This document shows positions 39,727 through 48,500 of a DNA stretch of 64,000 nt, piece after piece; position 1 is the stretch's first letter, and each line of letters opens with the position of its first letter. This DNA comes from Verrucomicrobiota bacterium (GTDB lineage Bacteria > Verrucomicrobiota > Verrucomicrobiia > Limisphaerales > SXQI01). A model generated the notes under the pieces. The model was not told where the DNA came from and searched no databases. It saw nothing but the letters and a program-made list of their open reading frames with translations. The stretch spans positions 21,129-85,128 of the forward strand of contig JANRLX010000027.1 of assembly GCA_033762115.1 (NCBI GenBank). Reading direction: 5' to 3'. The translations under genes and the position numbers were made by a program.

Positions 39727-39841
39727 GACGACAAATTACCCGTTCAAATGGAAAAGTCAGGTGAATCCTTTTCTTTGTAACCACGCAGACCGCAACGTTC
39801 GTCTTAGACTCTGTCCTGGAGTAAAAATCGATTACATTTTT

Positions 39842-41176
39842 ATGCGCATACTTATTCCTGCTCTTTGCCTGGTAACCGCATTGGTGGCTGCCCATGCAGC
39901 CAGTCCCTCGGAAAACTCCTGGCCGCAATGGCGTGGACCGCTCGCCACGGGCGTCGCTCCCAAAGGCAAAGTCCCCTCCGAATGGAGTGAAGAGAAGAAT
40001 GTGCAATGGAAATACCAAATTCATGGCTTCGGCTCTTCCACCCCGATTGTCTGGGGCAACCAGGTATTTATTCAGACTGCTGTTCCCACCGGCAAAAAAG
40101 AGGAAAAACCGCAGGCTGAAGAACCGTCAGGCAGGCGCGGACGCGGGGAAGTTCCAACCGAGTACCAGGATTTCGTGATTCTCTCAGTGGACAGGACAAC
40201 CGGTAAACAACTTTGGCAAAAGACTGCCAGGACAGAACTTCCACATGAAGGCCATCATAAGGATCATGGGTTCGCCTCTGCTTCACCTGTAACTGATGGA
40301 GAACACCTCTACGTCTATTTTGGCTCCCGCGGGTTATATTGCTACGATCTTTCCGGAAATCTGAAATGGGAAAAGGACCTGGGTGACATGCGCACCCGGA
40401 ACGGTTTTGGTGAAGGAAGTTCTCCAGCGTTGCACGGCAATACGCTGGTGGTGAATTGGGACCATGAAGGAGAGGATTTTATTGCCGCCCTTGATAAGCG
40501 AACTGGCAAGGAAATCTGGAGAAAGCCTCGTGAGGAGGCAACGACCTGGGTGACTCCTGTAATCTTTGAGCACAGTGGCAAAACCCAGGTGGTAGTCAGC
40601 GCGACCACCAAAATTCGCAGTTACGACCTCAACAATGGAGAAGTCATCTGGGAATGTTCCGGAATGACTGCCAATGTCATTCCCACTCCGGTCATTGGCT
40701 TTGACATGGTTTATGCCTTAAGCGGCTTTCGCGGCAATTCCCTCCTCGCCATTAAGCTGGGCAGAACCGGAGACCTTACAGGCACCGATGCAATCGCCTG
40801 GAGCCACAACAAAAATACTCCTTATGTCCCATCCCCTTTGCTTTACGGCGAAAGACTGTATTTCTTCGGGGGGAACAATGCCATCCTCTCCTGTTTTAAT
40901 GCAAAAACGGGCAAGGTCCTGATTGATGCGGAACGGCTCCCTGGGATTTTTGGTGTGTATGGATCCCCGATTGCTGCGGATGGCAAGGTTTTCCTGGTTG
41001 GGCGGGAGGGCGTCTCTCTCGTCATCAAGGACTCCGATAAATTGGAACTGCTTGCCACCAACAAACTGGACGACAAATTTGATGCCTCGCCTGCAATCAG
41101 CGGCAATCAACTCTTCCTTCGCGGTCATAAATTCCTTTACGCCATTTCAGACACCAAGGAGATGGCTGACAAATAA
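39842..41176 (+). CDS. secreted PQQ-like beta-propeller repeat protein
   Basis: The start was moved to ATG 39842 (MRILIPALCLVTALVAAHA signal). W/G-rich blades repeat through the protein (NWPQWRGP, LYCYDLSGNLKWE, IRSYDLNNGEVIWE). Confidence 0.7.
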   Translation: MRILIPALCLVTALVAAHAASPSENSWPQWRGPLATGVAPKGKVPSEWSEEKNVQWKYQIHGFGSSTPIVWGNQVFIQTAVPTGKKEEKPQAEEPSGRRGRGEVPTEYQDFVILSVDRTTGKQLWQKTARTELPHEGHHKDHGFASASPVTDGEHLYVYFGSRGLYCYDLSGNLKWEKDLGDMRTRNGFGEGSSPALHGNTLVVNWDHEGEDFIAALDKRTGKEIWRKPREEATTWVTPVIFEHSGKTQVVVSATTKIRSYDLNNGEVIWECSGMTANVIPTPVIGFDMVYALSGFRGNSLLAIKLGRTGDLTGTDAIAWSHNKNTPYVPSPLLYGERLYFFGGNNAILSCFNAKTGKVLIDAERLPGIFGVYGSPIAADGKVFLVGREGVSLVIKDSDKLELLATNKLDDKFDASPAISGNQLFLRGHKFLYAISDTKEMADK

Positions 41177-41227
41177 TCACGCTCTACATAAGCTCGAAGG
41201 CGACTGCACCATTCAGCCGCCAACAAA

Positions 41228-42040
41228 GTGCGTGAATTGCTTGCTGCCCTGTTCCAGGAACAGGATTACAAGCATCAGCTAAAAATCCATAGAGGGGAGA
41301 TTTCCTCATTTTGGGGGAGCTCAAGGTGCTCCCCTGTTTTGGCTGAACGCAGAAAATGGATCGACTCCACGCCGGAGCTTAATTCATTTGAATCTCCGGA
41401 GGCAGTTCCCTTGCTGGCTGAAGCAACCGCCCTGCTTCGGCTTCCGGAAGCAATCTCCTCATGCCGTGTGCTGGGGACTTTTTTGGAACCCGATTTTCTG
41501 TTGTTAAAAAAGAATGAATCAGGCGCCTTTCAATTCGTCGGAGGCTCTGTTTGTTTTCCTTCATCATGGAAACCGGAAGAAAAATTCGGCAAACCGCTTG
41601 CAGAAATTCATTCCCCGGTTCCCCACCTGAATGAGGAAATCGGGACGCAGATTCATCTCTTTCTTCAACGGCTCCGCCCTGGCCACTCCTGGGAGCGATA
41701 TAATTGGGGATTAAGCCGTTCCTCCGAACTGAACCAGCATCCAGTTCGCAAGTTGCCTCCTCTTCTGCCAGAAACTGAACCCGGAGACATTTGGGTCCGG
41801 ATTGAGCATCAATCCCTTCTCGCTCTTCCTGTCACGACCGGCATCCTCTTTGGAATTCGCATCGTGAATGTGCCGTTGCTCGATTTGCTGAAAGATTCCC
41901 AAATATCGATGCATTTCGCCCGCATGCTGAGAACGATGCCGGAGGAAATGGCCCGGTATAAGGGCATTTTAGCCATTCGCCCCAATTTATTGAGGCATAT
42001 CGCTTCGCTCCCCCAACTCAGGATTGACGACCCTCATTGA
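41228..42040 (+). CDS. DUF3445-like protein (heme-dependent oxidative N-demethylase alpha-subunit-like family)
   Basis: FVGGSVCFPSSWKPEEKFGKPLAEIHSPVPHLNEE...FLQRLRPGHSWERYNWGLS matches the conserved core of DUF3445 as I remember it. The GTG start is uncertain. Confidence 0.5.
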   Translation: MRELLAALFQEQDYKHQLKIHRGEISSFWGSSRCSPVLAERRKWIDSTPELNSFESPEAVPLLAEATALLRLPEAISSCRVLGTFLEPDFLLLKKNESGAFQFVGGSVCFPSSWKPEEKFGKPLAEIHSPVPHLNEEIGTQIHLFLQRLRPGHSWERYNWGLSRSSELNQHPVRKLPPLLPETEPGDIWVRIEHQSLLALPVTTGILFGIRIVNVPLLDLLKDSQISMHFARMLRTMPEEMARYKGILAIRPNLLRHIASLPQLRIDDPH

Positions 42041-42163
42041 TTTTTGGAGGATTAATCTTCGCGATAGCAATCAGGTCTTCTTCATCCTCATTTTTATTTT
42101 TGGAATTATTCTCACTTCTCTGATCCTTCCACTTGCCCAGATGGCCCGGGCCAAAAATAATTG

Positions 42164-42190
42164 TTAAGTTTTTTTCTCTTCTTCCGATAG
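42164..42190 (+). promoter_or_regulatory. sigma-28 (FliA)-type promoter upstream of flagellin
   Basis: TTAAGTTT-N11-TCCGATAG compared with the enterobacterial consensus TAAAGTTT-N11-GCCGATAA gives 7/8 and 6/8 matches at the exact spacing. It lies about 145 nt upstream of the flagellin ATG. Confidence 0.65.
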
Positions 42191-42277
42191 CAGACTTGTC
42201 GCAGAGTGCGACAGGAGCGCAGGCTGCCATTACAAGTGCCTGCACGGTTTGGTGGACACCGCAATCAAAGCGCCATC

Positions 42278-42295
42278 CACAGCAAGGACGCTGTG
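42278..42295 (+). promoter_or_regulatory. hairpin presenting GGA in its loop (candidate CsrA site) in the flagellin leader
   Basis: The CACAGC-AAGGAC-GCTGTG stem-loop was read directly. A second GGA-rich element, GGAAGGAG (42326-42333), is the Shine-Dalgarno sequence. Confidence 0.45.
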
Positions 42296-42335
42296 ATCCA
42301 ACAAAGGCCCATTCGGGCGACTCATGGAAGGAGTT

Positions 42336-43139
42336 ATGGTAATCAATACAAACATTGCAGCACAGAATGGAGCACGTTTGCTCTCAGAATCCAACACAAT
42401 GCTGGGCAAGTCTCTTGCCCGACTTTCCTCAGGATCGAAAATTGTTTCGCCTGAAGATGATGCAGCTGGGTTGGCGGTCTCATTAAGGTTCGACGCACAA
42501 GTGCGGCGAATCAATGCGGCAGACGCAAACGTGGGAAATGCAGTCTCACTGAACCAAACGCAGGACGGGTTCCTGAAAAAGGTCGGCAAAGCGCTTGACC
42601 GGATGAGTGAGCTCTCCATTCTCTCGCAGGATGTGACAAAAACGGACGACGATCGCGCGCTATATAATGCTGAGTTTGCCACTCTCGGCGCGTACATCGA
42701 CGACATTGCCACGAAGGATTTCAACGGAGTGGCTTTGTTCGATGGGACAAGCCTGGATGTCACCACAGATGGTGACGGCGCTCTGTTCACAATGAGCGGA
42801 GTGGATTTGACCGCAGCAGCATATACTGATGCTTCTTCGTCCACAGTGGATTCGGTGGCGAATGCAGTCACGGCGTTGCAAAACGTCAAGGCTGCTATCG
42901 AACAGGTTGCGACTGATCGCGCGACAATTGGCGCGAACATTTCACGACTGAATTCCACGAGCGAACAACTCGGTGTTCTGTCCGACAATTTGACTGCCGC
43001 AAGCAGCCGAATCAAGGATGTGGATGTGGCTGAAGAAAGCACGAACTTTGCAAAGTTCAACATCCTCGTCCAGGCAGGCACAGCGATGCTCGCCCAGGCC
43101 AACAGCACACCGCAATCGGTGCTGAGATTGATTCAGTAA
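42336..43139 (+). CDS. fliC: flagellin (short form, D0/D1 only)
   Basis: The start was moved to ATG 42336, after GGAAGGAG. The N-terminus is MVINTNIAAQNGARLL...LSSGSKIVSPEDDAAGLAVS. The C-terminus is IGANISRLNST...SRIKDVDVAEESTNFAKFNILVQAGTAMLAQANSTPQSVLRLIQ. Confidence 0.95.
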   Translation: MVINTNIAAQNGARLLSESNTMLGKSLARLSSGSKIVSPEDDAAGLAVSLRFDAQVRRINAADANVGNAVSLNQTQDGFLKKVGKALDRMSELSILSQDVTKTDDDRALYNAEFATLGAYIDDIATKDFNGVALFDGTSLDVTTDGDGALFTMSGVDLTAAAYTDASSSTVDSVANAVTALQNVKAAIEQVATDRATIGANISRLNSTSEQLGVLSDNLTAASSRIKDVDVAEESTNFAKFNILVQAGTAMLAQANSTPQSVLRLIQ

Positions 43140-43157
43140 TTTTACTGATCTGACACT

Positions 43158-43196
43158 CCCGGAAGGTCACCCCCTTCCGGGCTCTTTTTTCTTTTT
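43158..43196 (+). terminator. rho-independent terminator after flagellin
   Basis: CCCGGAAGG-TCACCC-CCTTCCGGG followed by CTCTTTTTTCTTTTT. Confidence 0.85.
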
Positions 43197-43267
43197 GGCA
43201 TTTCATCCCGCCACCTGAGTAAGGCGACAGGGTTGAAAACTGCAGCAGTCAGGAATATCCTCCCCTC

Positions 43268-43564
43268 ATGTCGCAAACGGCTGAACCGCCAGTCTTGCCG
43301 GAAATCCAGGAGAAAACAATTGAGCAGGTTGATCCGGGATATCTGGTGATTTGCTGGGATGATCCCGTAAACCTCATGGATTATGTGACCCATGTCTTTC
43401 AACAGGTTTTCGGCTGGCCCCGCCAGAAAGCGGAAGAGCACATGCTTCAGGTGCATCATCAGGGAAAAAGTGTCCTCATCCGGGAAAGCATGGAAAAAGC
43501 GGAACATTACGTGCATCAGCTCCAACGGTACGCTTTGCATGCCACCATGGAAAAGGCTTCGTGA
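43268..43564 (+). CDS. clpS: ATP-dependent Clp protease adaptor ClpS
   Basis: 98 aa. VICWDDPVNLMDYVTHVFQQVFGWPRQKAEEHMLQVHHQGKSVL is the ClpS core. Confidence 0.9.
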   Translation: MSQTAEPPVLPEIQEKTIEQVDPGYLVICWDDPVNLMDYVTHVFQQVFGWPRQKAEEHMLQVHHQGKSVLIRESMEKAEHYVHQLQRYALHATMEKAS

Positions 43565-44040
43565 GATTGCTCAAATTTGAAGGGGAAAACTTCGTCTTTC
43601 GATTTGAAAAAATCGACAAGCAGATTCTTTTTTGCCTGCTTAGGCGCTACCCTGCCTGTTCAGCCCCGCTTACCCCCGAAACCATGAAGGAGGGGGAGGT
43701 CATCGGCCCAGACCTCCATCTTTTGGAAGCCTCGCTGGAAGAGCAGCGGGTGGGACACCGCAAACAGGTGGAAGCCATACTCAGTGATGAGGGTCGCTTT
43801 CAGGAAGATGAGCTTGGCTATCGTTTTTACCTTACCGAACCGCAGATCGATTGCCTGTTGCAGATATTAAACAATATCAGTGTGGGAAGTTGGTTGCAGC
43901 TGGGTCGGCCTAATCCTCAGATGGGGAAGGGTTCCCAAATCACTGAGAAAAACATTGAACTTGCCTGGGCCATGGACTCAGCGCGCCTGTTCCAGTCAGA
44001 ATTGTTGAAAGCACTCCGCCAAAAGCAGGAATTCCAATAA
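43561..44040 (+). CDS. hypothetical protein translationally coupled to clpS (possibly DUF2017-like)
   Basis: 159-aa ORF whose GTG start overlaps the clpS stop (GTGA, 43561-43564). The segment LTEPQIDCLLQILNNISVGSWLQLG recalls the conserved 'W..aLNdlRL.LG' region of the actinobacterial ClpS-neighbour family DUF2017. This is from memory and was not searched. Confidence 0.55.
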   Translation: MRLLKFEGENFVFRFEKIDKQILFCLLRRYPACSAPLTPETMKEGEVIGPDLHLLEASLEEQRVGHRKQVEAILSDEGRFQEDELGYRFYLTEPQIDCLLQILNNISVGSWLQLGRPNPQMGKGSQITEKNIELAWAMDSARLFQSELLKALRQKQEFQ

Positions 44041-44107
44041 AATACGGAACATTTCTCTCCACGGCTTGTCTGAAAAGAGATAAAGTGCGACGAAATCACA
44101 CTAGAAC

Positions 44108-46999
44108 ATGTCCCTGCCCAAAATAATTTTTTTTGGAGCTTTACTGTATCTATCGTGCAATTTACTTGCTGCCGATAAATTGACTCCTTCGCAGCGGGAT
44201 TTTTTTGAGTCCAAAGTTCGTCCCATCCTTGTCGAGTCCTGCTATTCCTGCCACAGCCTTGAAGCAGGCAAGTCGAAGGGGGGCCTGTTGCTGGATAGTC
44301 GCGCCGGTTGGCAAAAAGGCGGAGATTCCGGGCTGGTCATCGTGTCCGGGAAACCGGACGAAAGCCGGCTGATCAAGGCAATCGAGTGGGCCAGTGAAGA
44401 TCTGCAGATGCCCCCGAAGGAAAAGTTGGGTCCTGACAAAATTCAGGTCTTGCGTCAATGGATAGAAGCGGGAGCCCCTGATCCCAGGGTTCAAGCAGCA
44501 GCTTCCCAATCCATCACAGCCAATCATTGGGCATTCAAAAGCGTTCAGGTTCCTGTTCCTCCCAAAGTGAAGGATTTAAAATGGCCGCGCACTCCCATCG
44601 ACCAGTTCATTTTGGCCGAACTCGAACAAAAACGATTAAAACCAGCGCCCCCTGCGGATAAACGAACCCTGCTGCGGCGGGCGACATTTGATCTTACCGG
44701 CCTCCCTCCCACAGCCGCTGAAATCGAAACCTTCCTTGCAGATCAAACACCGGACGCATTTACAAAAGTGGTGGATCGGTTGCTCCAGAGTCCACACTTT
44801 GGAGAACGTTGGGGACGTCACTGGCTGGACCTTGCCCGTTATGCAGATTCAAACGGTCTCGAAGTCAATACTCCTTATCCCAATGCCTGGCGTTATCGTG
44901 ATTACGTCATCAAATCCTTCAATGACGACAAGCCTTATCGCGATTTTATTCGAGAACAACTTGCGGGTGATCTCTTGCCTGTAAAGGACATCGCTGATCA
45001 GCATGAAAAATGGATCGCAACCGGATTCCTCATGTTGGGACCAAAAGCTCTTGGCGAGCCGGACAGAACCAGGCTGATCATGGACGTGGTTGATGAACAG
45101 ATCGATGTCACCACCCGCACTTTTCTTGGCTTAACCGTCAGTTGCGCCCGCTGCCATGATCACAAGTTCGACCCCATTCCGACCAGAGATTATTACGCGC
45201 TCGCCGGAATTTTTCACAGCACCCTGACTCTGGACGATGGAAATCCCCTCGGGGCAGGCGCTGCCCGGGCATGGCAGGAACGTCCCCTTGGCACCTTGGA
45301 ACAAATTCGTCAGCAGGAGGAATACGACCGCGAATTACAACGGTTACAGGCAGAATTGGCCCAACTTCAGCAAATCCAGCAAAACCTCCCCGGTGGAATC
45401 GATTCCTCTCAAATGGCTGGAGTGGTTGTCGATAACTTGAAGGCCGAGGTGACGGGTAATTGGAGGGCCTCCAATTATTCCACAAATTTTGTCGATAAAA
45501 ACTACCTGCATGATGGGGATGAAAAGAGCGCCAAGGGCAAAAAGACTGTCCGTTTTGTTCCTGATCTTCCCAGGGCAGGCGCTTATGAAGTTCGCCTGGC
45601 CTACACACCTCGATTTGACCGAGCCACCAACGTACCTGTGACGATCCATTCTGAAAAAGGGGAAAAAACAATTCGCCTTAACCAAAGGCTTGCCACTGAA
45701 TTTGATAAGGCATTTGTTTATCTTGGGATTTTCGACTTTGCGGCGGGCACCAACGGCTCAGTAACCGTGGGCACTGAAGGCACCAAAGGTTTCGTGGTCG
45801 CTGATGCAGTCCAGTTTTTGCCGCTCGAAAGCCAATCAACAATGACCATGGCCATGCGCTCTGAAGCAACCTTGAAATCGGAAGGCAAAAGCGCATTGAT
45901 CGCCGCCCGGGAACATGCCCAAATGCAGGTCAAAATCACTGACCTTCGAAGCCAGGCGCCTCCACCGCTTCCCGCTGCCATGTCCGTCCAGGAAGGTAAA
46001 GGGCATAACCTCCAGATCCATTTGCGGGGGGACCCTCAGCGACTCGGAGTTGAAGCGCCGCGCGGTTTTATTTCAGTTGTCGAACAATCAGGAGCCCTCA
46101 AACCGGAAACTCAGATCGCCCATACTCAATCCAGCGGCCGCCTGGAACTTGCAGATTGGATCGCCCATCCAGACCATCCATTGACCTCCCGCGTGATGGT
46201 GAATCGGATCTGGTATCACCTGATGGGAAGAGGTTTGGTGGATACCTTGGATAATTTCGGGGCGCTTGCCGAGCCGCCCACGCATCCTGAACTGCTCGAT
46301 TTTCTCGCCCGGAGATTTTCAGAACGGCAATGGTCAATCAAAAAGATAATCCGGGAAATCATGCTTTCCAGCGTTTATCAGATGGGATCAGAATTTAACC
46401 CCGCGGCTTACCAGAAAGATCCGGAGAATCGTTACTACTGGCGCAAACCCCAGAAGCACCTTGAGGCGGAGGCATTGCGCGACTCCATATTATTTATCAC
46501 TGGTGAATTGGACATTACCCAGGGCGGTGCTCCCTTGCCGGGAAATCTGCCCCCGGTCATTCAAACCGACGCCTTGGCTGCCACTGACAACCTGCATCGA
46601 AGAAGTGTTTATCTTCCCATCATTCGGAACGGAGCCCCTGAGATGCTGCAAACATTTGATTTTGCTGATCCTCACGCCGTTGTTGCCCGGCGCCATGCCA
46701 CCAGCACCGCCATGCAGGCCCTTTTCCTGATGAACAGCCCTTTTATCAACGAACGTGCAAAAGCCTGGGCCACACGCCTGCTCCAGGCTTCCAGCGAAGA
46801 CACCTCCCGAATCAGGACGGCCTTCACACAAGCCTTTGGCCGCTTGCCCGCGCCCCGTGAGGAAAAACTGACTCTCAATTTCCTCAATCAATTCCAGGCT
46901 TCATTGATCTCCTTCCCCGAAGCAGAACGCCATCAACGGGCTTGGGCGGCTTTCTGTCATTCGTTGCTGACCACGGCAGAATTTCGTTTTGTGAATTAA
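44108..46999 (+). CDS. PSCyt1 (planctomycete cytochrome c) + DUF1549 + inserted beta-sandwich + DUF1553 protein
   Basis: Signal peptide present. CYSCH is encoded at 44240-44254. The DUF1549 core is DRLLQSPHFGERWGRHWLDLARYADSNG ... CARCHDHKFDP. The DUF1553-type C-terminus is RRSVYLPIIRN...FDFADP...TTAEFRFVN. Confidence 0.85.
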   Translation: MSLPKIIFFGALLYLSCNLLAADKLTPSQRDFFESKVRPILVESCYSCHSLEAGKSKGGLLLDSRAGWQKGGDSGLVIVSGKPDESRLIKAIEWASEDLQMPPKEKLGPDKIQVLRQWIEAGAPDPRVQAAASQSITANHWAFKSVQVPVPPKVKDLKWPRTPIDQFILAELEQKRLKPAPPADKRTLLRRATFDLTGLPPTAAEIETFLADQTPDAFTKVVDRLLQSPHFGERWGRHWLDLARYADSNGLEVNTPYPNAWRYRDYVIKSFNDDKPYRDFIREQLAGDLLPVKDIADQHEKWIATGFLMLGPKALGEPDRTRLIMDVVDEQIDVTTRTFLGLTVSCARCHDHKFDPIPTRDYYALAGIFHSTLTLDDGNPLGAGAARAWQERPLGTLEQIRQQEEYDRELQRLQAELAQLQQIQQNLPGGIDSSQMAGVVVDNLKAEVTGNWRASNYSTNFVDKNYLHDGDEKSAKGKKTVRFVPDLPRAGAYEVRLAYTPRFDRATNVPVTIHSEKGEKTIRLNQRLATEFDKAFVYLGIFDFAAGTNGSVTVGTEGTKGFVVADAVQFLPLESQSTMTMAMRSEATLKSEGKSALIAAREHAQMQVKITDLRSQAPPPLPAAMSVQEGKGHNLQIHLRGDPQRLGVEAPRGFISVVEQSGALKPETQIAHTQSSGRLELADWIAHPDHPLTSRVMVNRIWYHLMGRGLVDTLDNFGALAEPPTHPELLDFLARRFSERQWSIKKIIREIMLSSVYQMGSEFNPAAYQKDPENRYYWRKPQKHLEAEALRDSILFITGELDITQGGAPLPGNLPPVIQTDALAATDNLHRRSVYLPIIRNGAPEMLQTFDFADPHAVVARRHATSTAMQALFLMNSPFINERAKAWATRLLQASSEDTSRIRTAFTQAFGRLPAPREEKLTLNFLNQFQASLISFPEAERHQRAWAAFCHSLLTTAEFRFVN

Positions 47000-47011
47000 C
47001 CAACGTTTCTC

Positions 47012-48415
47012 ATGAAAATCCATCATCCATTGTCACGGCGGGAGATGCTTAAGAAGTGTAGTTCCGGTTTCGGTTATCTCGCCCTTGCCACCCTCGCAAT
47101 GGAGAATGCCGCGCCTCTTTCAATGGCCAATCCTTTGGCCCCCAAACCGGGTCATTTCCCAGGTCGCGCAAAACGGGTCATTTTCCTCTTCATGCACGGC
47201 GGTCCTTCACAGGTGGATACATTCGATTACAAGCCGCTCCTTGCCCGCGACCAGGAGAAGACGCTGCCTGAAAGCATGCGGAAAGGAGTGGCAGACCCCA
47301 GCGCCAGGCTGCTGCCTTCTCCTTTTGAGTTCAAAAAACAGGGCCACAGTGGAATCGAAATTTCCGAAATTTTTCCGGAAATTGGAAAATGCGCGGATGA
47401 TCTTTGCGTTATCCGCAGCATGCACACCAATGGTCAGGACCATGGCCAGGCAGTCCTCAAGTTGCATACCGGTTCCGAAACGCAGGTTCGTCCCAGTGTT
47501 GGTGCCTGGATCACTTACGGCCTCGGTTCCGAGAACCAAAATCTGCCGGGATTTGTCACGATCAGCCCCAGCCCCCTGACCGGTGGCCCGCAAAATTATG
47601 GGTCAGCGTTTCTTCCTGCAGTTTACCAGGGCACAGCAATTGGACGCTCCGGAACCTCCTTGACCCAGGCCCAGATCCGCCATATCCAGGCCAACCTCCC
47701 TCCTGACTTGCAGCGGCAGCAACTCGATTTTGTCCAAAGCCTCAATCGTCTCCAACTCGAACAGGCTCGCACCAACGCCGCCCTGGAAGGGGTCATTGAA
47801 TCGTATGAACTGGCCTTTCGCATGCAAACTGAGGCGCCTGAGTTGACTGATCTTTCACGCGAATCTCAAGCGACACGCGATTTATACGGAGTTGACCAGG
47901 CACCCACCGATGATTTTGCGCGGCAATGTCTTCTGGCTCGTCGCTTTGCTGAAAAGGGAGTGCGATTCATCCAGGTGAGTCATAGTTTCAAATGGGACCA
48001 GCACGCCAACCTGCGCCGCGAGCATGAACGCAACGCCCGCGAGGTGGATAAACCGATTGCCGGGTTGCTTCAGGATTTGAAAGCCCGCGATCTGCTCAAG
48101 GACACTTTGGTCATTTGGGGGGGAGAGTTCGGCCGCACCCCTACCGCCCAGGGCTCACGGGATGGGCGTGATCACAACCCGCACGGTTTCACCATTTGGC
48201 TGGCGGGCGGCGGTGTTAAACCCGGCATGGTCCATGGCTCAACTGATGAGTACGGATATCAAGCGGTGGAAAACAAGGTTCACACTCACGACCTTCATGC
48301 CACAATCCTCCACCTTCTCGGGATCAATCATGAGAAACTCACCTACCGTTATGCGGGTAGAGATTACCGTCTGACCGATATCCATGGAAACATCGTGAAA
48401 GCGATTTTGGCCTGA
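47012..48415 (+). CDS. Tat-signal DUF1501 protein (alkaline-phosphatase/sulfatase-like fold)
   Basis: SRREMLKK twin-arginine N-terminus. Core motifs are [20 protein letters not shown] and WGGEFGRTP...GRDHNPHGF. Confidence 0.85.
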   Translation: MKIHHPLSRREMLKKCSSGFGYLALATLAMENAAPLSMANPLAPKPGHFPGRAKRVIFLFMHGGPSQVDTFDYKPLLARDQEKTLPESMRKGVADPSARLLPSPFEFKKQGHSGIEISEIFPEIGKCADDLCVIRSMHTNGQDHGQAVLKLHTGSETQVRPSVGAWITYGLGSENQNLPGFVTISPSPLTGGPQNYGSAFLPAVYQGTAIGRSGTSLTQAQIRHIQANLPPDLQRQQLDFVQSLNRLQLEQARTNAALEGVIESYELAFRMQTEAPELTDLSRESQATRDLYGVDQAPTDDFARQCLLARRFAEKGVRFIQVSHSFKWDQHANLRREHERNAREVDKPIAGLLQDLKARDLLKDTLVIWGGEFGRTPTAQGSRDGRDHNPHGFTIWLAGGGVKPGMVHGSTDEYGYQAVENKVHTHDLHATILHLLGINHEKLTYRYAGRDYRLTDIHGNIVKAILA

Positions 48416-48500
48416 TTTCAGACCTGTAATCCTTTTAAGTGCTTTGGGAGTGGCACCCATTGTGCTGACAACTGCTGGATCGTCAGTAACTGCACTTGTT

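Noticed and set aside
39725-39841. N-terminal extensions given in the ORF track. These are 39725-39841, 6610-6681, 1741-1812, 5255-5272, 12169-12207, 28751-28792, 31342-31440, 35318-35521, 35363-35398, 48444-48500, 58038-58127 and 60088-60126.
   Set aside because: The extensions precede obvious signal peptides or canonical N-termini. They often start at TTG or GTG, lack an SD, or overlap the neighbouring gene or promoter region. I chose internal ATG starts with better context, though these start calls remain predictions.
42230-43108. 292-aa minus-strand ORF covering the whole flagellin gene
   Set aside because: This is a mirror ORF of an Ala/Ser/Thr-rich gene. The product is low-complexity (S/A/V/T-rich) and has no start context. 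Flagellin on the plus strand is unambiguous.
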